From NCBI GenBank assembly GCA_949045875.1, contig CARPYP010000008.1:3747-67746 (forward strand): a DNA stretch of 64,000 nucleotides. Direction: 5' to 3'. The DNA is from an uncultured Clostridia bacterium. Its GTDB lineage: Bacteria; Bacillota; Clostridia; TANB77; CAG-508. The translations under genes and the position numbers were made by a program. The notes under the pieces are model-generated. The model had not been told where the DNA came from and did no database searches. It worked only from the letters and a program-made list of their open reading frames with translations. This document shows, in pieces, positions 48,686-56,899 of this stretch; within the stretch, counting starts at the first letter, position 1; every line of letters begins with the position of its first letter.

Positions 48686-49885
48686 TCAACTTAATAACCA
48701 ATCTATCGCATTTATCTTTTTAATTCCATCATAGTCTGCTTCTAAATCATCGTCTAATGTTATTATATATTTAGGATAATTATCGTTTATTTTTTTTAGT
48801 GGCGTTAACTCTCTTTCTAATGTTTTTTCATCTCTTACTGAAAATGCTACTTGGTAATATTCTATTCCTTCAAAGTTTTGTGCTACAAAGTCTATTTCTA
48901 ATTCGTCTAATTTACCTATATATACTTTATATCCTCTTCTTAGTAATTCAAGATATATTACATTTTCTAAGATGTGTCCCATGTCTTGACCTGCTTTTTT
49001 TCCTAATAAATAATATCTTAGTCCAATATCCACTATATAGTATTTTTCCTGTGTTTTTAAATAATCTTTTCCTTTTATATCATATCGATTTGCTTTATAT
49101 AAAATATAACTATCTACTAATGCTTCTACATAGTTTGCAACTGTATTGTATGATGTTTGTCTTGCCATTGATGTTAAGGTATCACTTATTTTTTTTATAC
49201 TACAATTACTTCCTATATTATTAAATAAATATTTTATTATACTCTCTAATACATTTTTATCTGAAATACCTTTCCTTGATATTACATCTTTATAGACCAC
49301 TGTATTAAAAATACCTTCTAAGTATATATTTATATTTTCTGGATTTACTGTATATAGTTCTATTGATTGAGGAAATGAGCTGTATCTTAGATAGTCTCTG
49401 AATTTTCTTGATAAATCTGTTCTATCCTCAAAAGCTGATATATATTCTTTAAATGATAATGGTAACATTTGAATTTCTATATATCTTCCAGAAAGTAATG
49501 TTGCAAGCTCAGATGATAACATATATGCATTAGAGCCCGTTATATATATGTCTACATTTTTATTAATAAATAACCCATCTACAGTTTTTTCGAATTCTTT
49601 AACATTTTGTATTTCATCTAGGAATATATATGTCATTTTCTCTTTTATTAGTTTTCCTTTTATATATTGATATAACTTTTTTCTATCAGTTAATTCTTCA
49701 AAATTTGGGTCTTCAAAATTTATTGAAATTATTTGATTTTCTTCTACTCCATTTTCTTTTAAGTATTTTTGAAATAGTTCCATTAAAGTTGATTTTCCAC
49801 ATCTTCTTATTCCTGTTATTACTTTTATTATTTGCTTATCTTTAAAGTTTTTTAATATTTTTAAATAATTATCTCTTTCTATCAT
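48686..49885 (-). CDS. AAA-family ATPase with a DUF4143-type C-terminal domain (COG1373-like)
   Basis: ITGIRRCGKSTLMEL (Walker A), YIFLDEIQ (Walker B). 399 aa. Confidence 0.75.
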   Translation of the reverse strand: MIERDNYLKILKNFKDKQIIKVITGIRRCGKSTLMELFQKYLKENGVEENQIISINFEDPNFEELTDRKKLYQYIKGKLIKEKMTYIFLDEIQNVKEFEKTVDGLFINKNVDIYITGSNAYMLSSELATLLSGRYIEIQMLPLSFKEYISAFEDRTDLSRKFRDYLRYSSFPQSIELYTVNPENINIYLEGIFNTVVYKDVISRKGISDKNVLESIIKYLFNNIGSNCSIKKISDTLTSMARQTSYNTVANYVEALVDSYILYKANRYDIKGKDYLKTQEKYYIVDIGLRYYLLGKKAGQDMGHILENVIYLELLRRGYKVYIGKLDELEIDFVAQNFEGIEYYQVAFSVRDEKTLERELTPLKKINDNYPKYIITLDDDLEADYDGIKKINAIDWLLS

Positions 49886-50061
49886 AGATTTTTCCTCCTA
49901 CAATATTTTTATTATACTTCTTTTATATATTATAGTCAAGTTTTTTCAAAATATTGAAAAAACTTTGCACTTTTGCAAAGTTTTTACTATTTTATGTTTT
50001 GTTACGTTTTATATAATTGTTATGCATTTTCTAACTTTTGCAATTTTTATATAAAACGGAG

Positions 50062-50100
50062 AAAAGCCAGCGAGGAAATGCTTTCCTCCTTCTGGCTTTT
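50062..50100 (-). terminator. probable terminator downstream of mutS
   Basis: AAAAGCCAG...CTGGCTTTT outer stem with an inner GAGGAAA/TTTCCTC stem. U-rich on the minus strand. Confidence 0.45.
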
Positions 50101-50117
50101 GAGAAATTTTACTATAA

Positions 50118-50143
50118 CGGACATGCAATACTCTCCCCTACAT
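50118..50143 (+). repeat. degenerate Rep-A-like element
   Basis: CGGACATGCAATACTCTCCCCTACAT keeps the CGGAC head and CCCCTACAT tail, but the hairpin is eroded. Confidence 0.35.
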
Positions 50144-50194
50144 CCATGTTTATCAAATTTTGTATCCCTATATCGTAATTTATGGTTCGCTCAA

Positions 50195-50293
50195 AATTGT
50201 TATTTGGCAAGGCGTTCAAGAAAGAAATACCGGAAACGTACTCATGTACGTTGAGGATTTTCTTTCGTAGAACAACACAGCCAAAGGGCAATT
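50195..50293 (+). repeat. Rep-B family copy, 10 nt 3' of the mutS stop codon
   Basis: AATTGTTATTTGGC...AAACGTACTCATGTACGTTGA...GCCAAAGGGCAATT. Long hairpin homologous to 23021-23120. Confidence 0.65.
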
Positions 50294-50302
50294 TTGTGTG
50301 AA

Positions 50303-52918
50303 CTAACTTGCCTGTTCTTTTAGTTTTACCAATATATTTAATGCCTCTATTGGTGTTAGTTCTTCTACATTTATTTTGTCTATTTCATGTGCTATTTCTG
50401 CTATTTTATAATTGTACATACTTAATTGTCCTGCTACTTCGTCTTTTTTCTCTTTTTCCATTTTCTTTTGTCCTAGCATGCTCTTTCTTTCTAGGCTTTT
50501 TAATATTTCATTTGCATTTTTTAAGACCTCTTTTGGAACTCCTGCAAGCTTTGCTACGTGTATTCCATAGCTTTCGTCTGTTCCACCTTCTACTATTTTC
50601 CTTAAAAATATGATGTCTTCCCCTTTTTCTTTTACAGCTATTGAATAGTTTTTTACTCCTTCTTGCTCATTTTCTAGTTCTATTAATTCATGATAATGTG
50701 TTGCAAATAGTGTTTTTGCTCCACATTTTTCTGTGTCTGATATGTATTTTGCTACTGCCCATGCTATTGATAGTCCATCATATGTTGATGTTCCTCTTCC
50801 TATTTCGTCTAATATTATTAAACTGTTACTTGTTGCGTCTTTTAATATGTTTGCAACTTCCATCATTTCTACCATAAATGTACTTTCTCCCATACTTAAA
50901 TCGTCTGATGCTCCAACTCTTGTGAAGATTTTATCTACTACACCTATTGTAGCTTTGTCTGCTGGTACAAAGCTTCCTATTTGTGCCATTAAGGTTATTA
51001 ATGCTACTTGTCTCATATATGTTGATTTTCCTGCCATATTAGGTCCTGTAATTATTGATAGTCTATCACTTGTTTTGTTTAAATAAGTATCATTTCCTAT
51101 AAAGCTTCCTCTTGGTAACATTTTTTCTATTACTGGATGTCTTCCATTGTTTATTATTATTTCTGCTCCATTATTTACTTCTGGCATTGTATAGTTCATG
51201 TCTTCTGCAACTGTTGCAAATGATGTTAGTACATCTAATGTTGCAATTATATTTGCGGATTTTTGTATTCTGTCTATTTGTTCTGCTATTTTATTCCTTA
51301 CTTCTAAAAATAAGTTGTATTCTAATTCAACTAATTTTTCTTCTGCTCCTAAAATGTCCTCTTCTAATTTTTTTAATTCTTCTGTTATATATCTTTCTCC
51401 TGTTGATAGTGTTTGTTTTCTGGTGTAATTTTCAGGTACTAGGTTTAAATATGATTTTGTTACTTCTATATAATATCCAAAGACTTTGTTGTAACTAATT
51501 CTTAGATTTTTTATTCCTGTTTTTTCTCTTTCTTTTGCTTCTAATTCTACTAACCATTTCTTTCCATTAGTAGTTGCTTCTTTATATTTGTCTGCTTCTT
51601 CATTATAACCATTTTTTATTATGTTTCCTTCTTTTATTACTATTGGCGGATCTTCTACTATTGCTTTTTCTATTAATTCATGAATTTCTTTTACTTCATC
51701 TAAATTTTCATATAGATTTTTTAACATTGGAGATTTTGTTGTGCTTAATATTTGTTTTATTTCGGGTAATTTCCCTAAAGAGTTTTTTAGAGATACCATA
51801 TCCCTTGCATTTGCACTACCATATGCAATTTTTCCTACAAGTCTTTCAATGTCATATACTTTTTTTAGGTTTTCTCCAATGTCTGCTTTTAATATTAAGT
51901 CTTCTTTTAGTTCTTTGACTGCACCAAGTCTATTATGTATTTCTTCTATATCTATAAGTGGGTCATTTATCCATCTTCTTAGATGTCTTCCACCCATTGA
52001 AGTTGATGTTCTATCTAATACCCAAAGCAATGTTCCTTTTTTGCTTTTATCTTTCATTCTCTCTGTTATTTCTAAGTTTCTTCTTGCTGTAATATCTAAT
52101 GCCATATATCTTGTTGTATTATATATTTTTATTGCATTTATATTTTCTATTTCCATTTTTTGCATTTGTGTTATGTATGACATTAAGGCATTTACTGCTG
52201 ATACTACTAATAATTTATCTTTAAATTCCGTTATTTTATTGTCTTTCATATCTAATATTTGATGTTTGTTTCTTATTTTTTCTATGTCAATATCAAAGTA
52301 TGTTTCATCATATTTTGATATATAACATTTTTCGAATCTCTGAGAAATTTTAGACATTTCTTCCATTGTAGAACTCATTAATTCATTTGTTACTATTTCT
52401 ACTGGTGAGTATCTTGCAATTTCGTCTAATAATTTTGCAAAGTTATTGGTTTCTTTTATTTGTGTTGCATAAAAGTCTCCTGTTGATATATCACATACTG
52501 CTAGTCCATAGAATAATCCTTGCTTATATATTGACATTATGTAGTTGTTTTTCTTTTCATCTAATACTGTTTCATCTAGTACTGTTCCTGGAGTTACTAT
52601 TTTTACTACTCCCCTTTTTACCATCCCTTTCGTATTTTTTGGATCTTCTAATTGTTCACATATTGCAACTTTATATCCTTTTTCTATTAGTTTTGCTATA
52701 TATACATTTGCTGCATGATAAGGTATTCCACACATTGGTGCTCTTTCTTCCATTCCACATTCTTTTCCTGTTAATGTAAGTTCTAATTCTCTTGATACTT
52801 CTATTGCATCATCAAAGAACATTTCATAGAAATCTCCTAATCTATAAAATAATATACAGTCTTTGTATTCTTCTTTCATATTTATATAATGTTGCATCAT
52901 AGGTGAGTATTCTGCCAT
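50303..52918 (-). CDS. mutS: DNA mismatch repair protein MutS
   Basis: SPMMQHYINMKEEYKDCILFYRLGDFYEMFFDDA, GPNMAGKSTYMRQ (Walker A), STFMVEM, DEIGRGTSTYDG. Start moved to ATG 52918 (GGAGG plus 8 nt). Confidence 0.95.
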   Translation of the reverse strand: MAEYSPMMQHYINMKEEYKDCILFYRLGDFYEMFFDDAIEVSRELELTLTGKECGMEERAPMCGIPYHAANVYIAKLIEKGYKVAICEQLEDPKNTKGMVKRGVVKIVTPGTVLDETVLDEKKNNYIMSIYKQGLFYGLAVCDISTGDFYATQIKETNNFAKLLDEIARYSPVEIVTNELMSSTMEEMSKISQRFEKCYISKYDETYFDIDIEKIRNKHQILDMKDNKITEFKDKLLVVSAVNALMSYITQMQKMEIENINAIKIYNTTRYMALDITARRNLEITERMKDKSKKGTLLWVLDRTSTSMGGRHLRRWINDPLIDIEEIHNRLGAVKELKEDLILKADIGENLKKVYDIERLVGKIAYGSANARDMVSLKNSLGKLPEIKQILSTTKSPMLKNLYENLDEVKEIHELIEKAIVEDPPIVIKEGNIIKNGYNEEADKYKEATTNGKKWLVELEAKEREKTGIKNLRISYNKVFGYYIEVTKSYLNLVPENYTRKQTLSTGERYITEELKKLEEDILGAEEKLVELEYNLFLEVRNKIAEQIDRIQKSANIIATLDVLTSFATVAEDMNYTMPEVNNGAEIIINNGRHPVIEKMLPRGSFIGNDTYLNKTSDRLSIITGPNMAGKSTYMRQVALITLMAQIGSFVPADKATIGVVDKIFTRVGASDDLSMGESTFMVEMMEVANILKDATSNSLIILDEIGRGTSTYDGLSIAWAVAKYISDTEKCGAKTLFATHYHELIELENEQEGVKNYSIAVKEKGEDIIFLRKIVEGGTDESYGIHVAKLAGVPKEVLKNANEILKSLERKSMLGQKKMEKEKKDEVAGQLSMYNYKIAEIAHEIDKINVEELTPIEALNILVKLKEQAS

Positions 52919-53188
52919 TTTGTTTACCTCCATTCGGTTTTTTTCTACATATTTCGTATTTTATCATACATATTTTATAAATTCAATGTATTTGTTCTAT
53001 TTTTACTCCTTTAGTTAACAAAAGAGGAATGTTTAAATTTCCTTGACCTTTTAGATGGCTTTCATCTTCGTTTTTGTTCGCCCGCCAATTCTACGTAGTA
53101 AAAAAATCTTGGCAAAACCAAAATTTTTTTGTGTAAACACATGCAATAAAAGTCCACTCCCAATATTACATATGCTCCTCTATAAATT

Positions 53189-54526
53189 TTATTTAATGTA
53201 AAGTGTTATACGAAATCCGATATCCAATTCAGTGCTAGTAGCGTGACTAACGCCATGGCGGTAACACGCTGGGAAAGTACTATACACATTAAGAAAGCTA
53301 CCACCACGGCGAACGTGGTATTGAATATTTGTTTCGTTTATGTTGCCCGCCTTATAGAATGAGCTTTCATCTGTCCATTCCCATAAACTTCCTGCCACAT
53401 CATATATGTGGTATTTTTCTGTTTGTTTACTTGCTCCTGTTGTTAGTAAATCTCCATCATTAGAACTATAATTACTCGTTTTTCCTTCTGTTTCTCCTCC
53501 AAATACTCCTAAGTACCAACTATTTGAGTACCATCCCCTTGCCATTCTTCCTTTGTATTCTATACTGTTATTCGTATAATTTCCCCAGTTTGCTGAGTTT
53601 GTTAAGTCTGCTTCTGTTAAGTCTGTTTTTTCTACTATTCTTTTTAGCATTACATCCCACTGTGTTCCTGTTATTAGTCCACTACTTACACTATTTGTAT
53701 TATACATGCTTTTTGCATTTTTTTGTGATGTTGTCCAGTCTATAAAATTCCATGGTACTTGTCCTGCTCTACTTTGTGGTATTCCCTCTTTATTATATAT
53801 TTGGTTTGAACCTGTTTGTTGCTGTGTTTGCGTAAATTCAGGAATTGTTTCTGCAAGCCCTGCTTCATATCTTGCTACATAAAATCCTTCATATTTTCTT
53901 ATTTGTGGTAATTCTGAGGTATATGTTGTTTTATCCCATCCTCCATACGCTAATATAGTATGTGATTGTGTTGTTCCATTCCATACTTCACATTTTTTAT
54001 ATTCCTCTTCTGCACATGGTATCCATACAAATTGATTTCCTTTTAAATTTGTCGTATATTCCCATGTCGTTTTATCTATTTTTCCATCATATTGGTCTTC
54101 TTCATTATCACTTATTATTACTCCTGTGTTTAAGTCTCCTCCTACATAATAAAAACCAATTGGCACTGGTACTGTTTCTCCATTTCCTAATGATATGGCT
54201 GTTACTGTTTCTATGTTCCAGTTTTCTTTTGGGGCTACTACTGTCCCTATATCTTGTGGAGTTTCAGTTGTGTTTTCTGGTAGATTTTCATTGTGTACAG
54301 ACACAGGATCCACCCCTACATTATCTTCAATGTCTTTGGTGTATGTTGCTAATCCAGTTGATATTAATGTCTTTTCTACTTCTTCTCTTGCATTTTCTTT
54401 TATTCTTTCTAGTGTTTTATTTGTACTTGCTATATTACTTATTAACATTACTGTTACCAAAAATAAAACTATACTTAATACATATATTATTTTTCTTCCT
54501 CTTTTTGTAGTTAACACTTCTTTCAT
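53189..54526 (-). CDS. membrane-anchored FGE-sulfatase / C-type-lectin-fold domain protein, paralog 1
   Basis: N-terminal TM anchor; FVWIP..., GFYVARYEAG, QVPWNFIDW, ITGTQWDVM, VAGSLWEWTDE, and RRGGSF...DIGFRITL at the extreme C-terminus (SUMF1/FGE-type fold). Confidence 0.7.
   Translation of the reverse strand: MKEVLTTKRGRKIIYVLSIVLFLVTVMLISNIASTNKTLERIKENAREEVEKTLISTGLATYTKDIEDNVGVDPVSVHNENLPENTTETPQDIGTVVAPKENWNIETVTAISLGNGETVPVPIGFYYVGGDLNTGVIISDNEEDQYDGKIDKTTWEYTTNLKGNQFVWIPCAEEEYKKCEVWNGTTQSHTILAYGGWDKTTYTSELPQIRKYEGFYVARYEAGLAETIPEFTQTQQQTGSNQIYNKEGIPQSRAGQVPWNFIDWTTSQKNAKSMYNTNSVSSGLITGTQWDVMLKRIVEKTDLTEADLTNSANWGNYTNNSIEYKGRMARGWYSNSWYLGVFGGETEGKTSNYSSNDGDLLTTGASKQTEKYHIYDVAGSLWEWTDESSFYKAGNINETNIQYHVRRGGSFLNVYSTFPACYRHGVSHATSTELDIGFRITLYIK
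53210..53308 (-). other. VR-like 99-nt hypervariable, A-depleted segment at the 3' end of paralog 1
   Basis: The segment CGTGGTGGT...ATCGGATTTCGT uses codons that are rare elsewhere in the window (CGC, CGT, GCG, GGC). 19 A in 99 nt of coding strand by hand count. Confidence 0.5.
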
Positions 54527-54568
54527 CTTCTGTCCTTCTTTCTTTTTCTAGATTTTGTATATTTTTAA

Positions 54569-55402
54569 TTAATTATCATTTTCAAATAATTCTTTAATAT
54601 ATAAATCTCTATTTTTTAATTCATTGCTTTTTTCTTGTAATAAGTTTTCGAAAAACATTATTAAATAATCAAATCTAGGATAAATTCCTTTGGGAATATT
54701 TCCATAATTGCTTCTTACTAAAGCATTTCTAAAGTATAAACTTTTATCTTTAAACATATCATTATTAACATTAAATCCCATATTATTAAGGTATTTTTCA
54801 ATGAATACTGCTGTTGTCCTTGTATTTCCTTCTCCAAAAGGATGTACTTGCCAAATGCTTGAAGTAAATTTTGCAATATGCTTTATCAATTCTTTATTAT
54901 TTAGTTTTGAATAATCAAATTCTTTTTCTTCTTTAAAATCATATTCCAAATAGCTTTCTATATCTTGATAATTTACATATTTAACAGTCTCTCCGTTTAG
55001 TATATCCTCTTTTTTTGTAATATTATAATCTCTATAATTACCTGCAAAGTTATATATATCTTTAAATAAGTATCTATGAATGTTTTTTAATGTAATAGGA
55101 CTAAATCCAAAACTTTTATCTTCTAATAATTGTGCGATTCTTAATGAAACTAAATCACATTCTTTTTCTTTTCGAATATTTATATTGCTAATATCTTGTG
55201 TTTTATAGTAGTCTTTTAATAAGTTTTCTACTTCATAATATTTGAGTTCACCATTAATATTTTTTTGGGATAAATCTAATAAATATTTAGAAGGCTCTAA
55301 ATTATCAACTTTATTTAATCCAATACCAGTACTCCAATATTCCTGTTTTTTTGTGATATCAGTTGTTTCATTTTCAATTATATAATTTTCTTCATTAGAC
55401 AT
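54569..55402 (-). CDS. fic: Fic/DOC family protein (AMPylase-type motif)
   Basis: HPFGEGNTRTTAVF matches the Fic motif HPFx[D/E]GN[G/K]R. 277 aa. RBS AGGAGAG. Confidence 0.85.
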   Translation of the reverse strand: MSNEENYIIENETTDITKKQEYWSTGIGLNKVDNLEPSKYLLDLSQKNINGELKYYEVENLLKDYYKTQDISNINIRKEKECDLVSLRIAQLLEDKSFGFSPITLKNIHRYLFKDIYNFAGNYRDYNITKKEDILNGETVKYVNYQDIESYLEYDFKEEKEFDYSKLNNKELIKHIAKFTSSIWQVHPFGEGNTRTTAVFIEKYLNNMGFNVNNDMFKDKSLYFRNALVRSNYGNIPKGIYPRFDYLIMFFENLLQEKSNELKNRDLYIKELFENDN

Positions 55403-55467
55403 ATAAAACTCTCCTAATTTATTTTAATCTTAGATTATTGACTAGACAAAAACTCCGTCCACTTGTC

Positions 55468-56820
55468 TTATTTTAGATATAAAACCACACGAAATCCGAT
55501 AAATGGATGAGTATAACTAACTATATTACCCCCATGGCGATAACACGCTGGTTGATCCTCATAGCCAAGGATACAATTACCACCACGAAGAACTCGGTAT
55601 TGATCATTTGTTTCATTTGTATTTCCTGCTTTACATAATGATGCTTCGTCTGTCCATTCCAATACGTTTCCTGCTACATCAAATATATGATACTTTTCTG
55701 TTTGTCTGCTTGCTCCTGTTGTTAACAACTCCCCATAAGTATAAGCTTGTTCATATATACTTGTTTTTCCTTCTGTCTTTCCTCCAAATGCTACTAAATT
55801 CCACATACTTGAATAATTTGTTTTTGCCATTCTTCCTTTATATTCTATACTATTATTTCTATAGTTTCCCCAGTTAGATGAGCTTGTTAAATCTGTGCTT
55901 TCAATTGAGCCTTTTTCTAGCATTTTCTTTAACATTACATCCCATTGGGTTCCTGTTATTAATCCACTACTTACACTGTTCGTATTATACATGTTTTTCG
56001 CATTTTTTTGTGAGGTTGTCCAGTCTATAAACACCCATGGAACTTGATTTACTCTACTTTGAGGTATTCCTTCTCTATTATATACTTGATTTGAAACTGT
56101 ATGTTTTTGTGTTGACGTAAATTCTGTTATTGTTTTTGCTAGTCCTGCTTCATATCTTGCTACGTAAAATCCTTCATATTTTCTTATTTGAGGTAATTCT
56201 GAGGTATATGTTGTTTTGTCCCACCCTGCATTACATAAGGTTCCTGTTTTTGATGTTGTTCCTGAGGGTTTTTGTGTTATTCCATTCCATACTTCACTTT
56301 TTACATATTGCTCTTCTTTGCATGGTATCCATACAAATTGGTTTCCTTTTAAGTTAGTCGTATATTCCCATGTTGTTTTATCTGTTGTTCCATCATATTT
56401 GTCAGCTTCTTCATCACTTATTATTACTCCAGTATTTAGGTCTCCACCTACATAGTAAAATCCAATTGGTACTGGCACTGTTTCTCCATTTCCTACTGAT
56501 ACTGCTGTTACTGTTTCTATGTTCCAGTTTTCTTTTGGTGCTACTATTGTTCCTATATCCTGTGGAGTTTCAGTTGTGTTTTCTGGTAAGTTTGCATCAG
56601 ATAGTGGGCGATTACTAATCGCCCATACATCTTTTGTATATGTTAATGTACCGTTTGAAATTAATGTGTTTTCCGCTTCTACTTTTGCATTATATATTAT
56701 TTTGTCTAGTGATGTTCTTGTACCTACTATATTGCTTATTAAAATTATTATTACAAATAATATGGCTATACCTAGTATAGTTATTATATTTCTTTCTCTT
56801 TTCTCTAATTTTTCTTTCAT
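55468..56820 (-). CDS. membrane-anchored FGE-sulfatase / C-type-lectin-fold domain protein, paralog 2
   Basis: Collinear with paralog 1 (GFYVARYEAG, QVPWVFIDW, ITGTQWDVM, VAGNVLEWTDE, LRGGNC...FIGFRVVL). Start moved to ATG 56820 (GAAGGACAGAAG-ATG, the same RBS as paralog 1). Confidence 0.7.
   Translation of the reverse strand: MKEKLEKRERNIITILGIAILFVIIILISNIVGTRTSLDKIIYNAKVEAENTLISNGTLTYTKDVWAISNRPLSDANLPENTTETPQDIGTIVAPKENWNIETVTAVSVGNGETVPVPIGFYYVGGDLNTGVIISDEEADKYDGTTDKTTWEYTTNLKGNQFVWIPCKEEQYVKSEVWNGITQKPSGTTSKTGTLCNAGWDKTTYTSELPQIRKYEGFYVARYEAGLAKTITEFTSTQKHTVSNQVYNREGIPQSRVNQVPWVFIDWTTSQKNAKNMYNTNSVSSGLITGTQWDVMLKKMLEKGSIESTDLTSSSNWGNYRNNSIEYKGRMAKTNYSSMWNLVAFGGKTEGKTSIYEQAYTYGELLTTGASRQTEKYHIFDVAGNVLEWTDEASLCKAGNTNETNDQYRVLRGGNCILGYEDQPACYRHGGNIVSYTHPFIGFRVVLYLK
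55489..55587 (-). other. VR-like 99-nt hypervariable, A-depleted segment at the 3' end of paralog 2
   Basis: Same length and same invariant blocks as 53210-53308 (CGTGGTGGT; CCAGCGTGTTAYCGCCATGG; ATCGGATTTCGT), with scrambled blocks between them. 22 A in 99 nt by hand count. Confidence 0.5.
56604..56630 (+). repeat. Rep-A-like hairpin (type 2) lying in frame inside paralog 2
   Basis: GTGGGCGATTACTAATCGCCCATACAT: stem GGGCGATTA/TAATCGCCC. On the coding strand it encodes V-W-A-I-S-N-R-P within a block that differs from paralog 1. Confidence 0.45.
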
Positions 56821-56862
56821 CTTCTGTCCTTCTTTCTTATCTTCGTTTATAGTATAACACAA
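56747..56862 (+). repeat. 116-bp direct repeat, left copy (5' end and promoter of paralog 2)
   Basis: ATTATTACAAATAATATGGCTATACCTAGTATA...TTTCATCTTCTGTCCTTCTTTCTTATCTTCGTTTATAGTATAACACAA. Roughly 90% identical to 57869-57984 by eye. Confidence 0.8.
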
Positions 56863-56899
56863 TATATATGTATAACTTAATAAAATGTATTTAAATGTT

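Noticed and set aside
52934-53188. Candidate DGR template repeat or RT remnant downstream of lectin-fold paralog 1
   Set aside because: The 255-nt spacer shows no similarity to the VR-like segments, and I found no CGTGGTGG-type match elsewhere in the window. No RT-like ORF is present.
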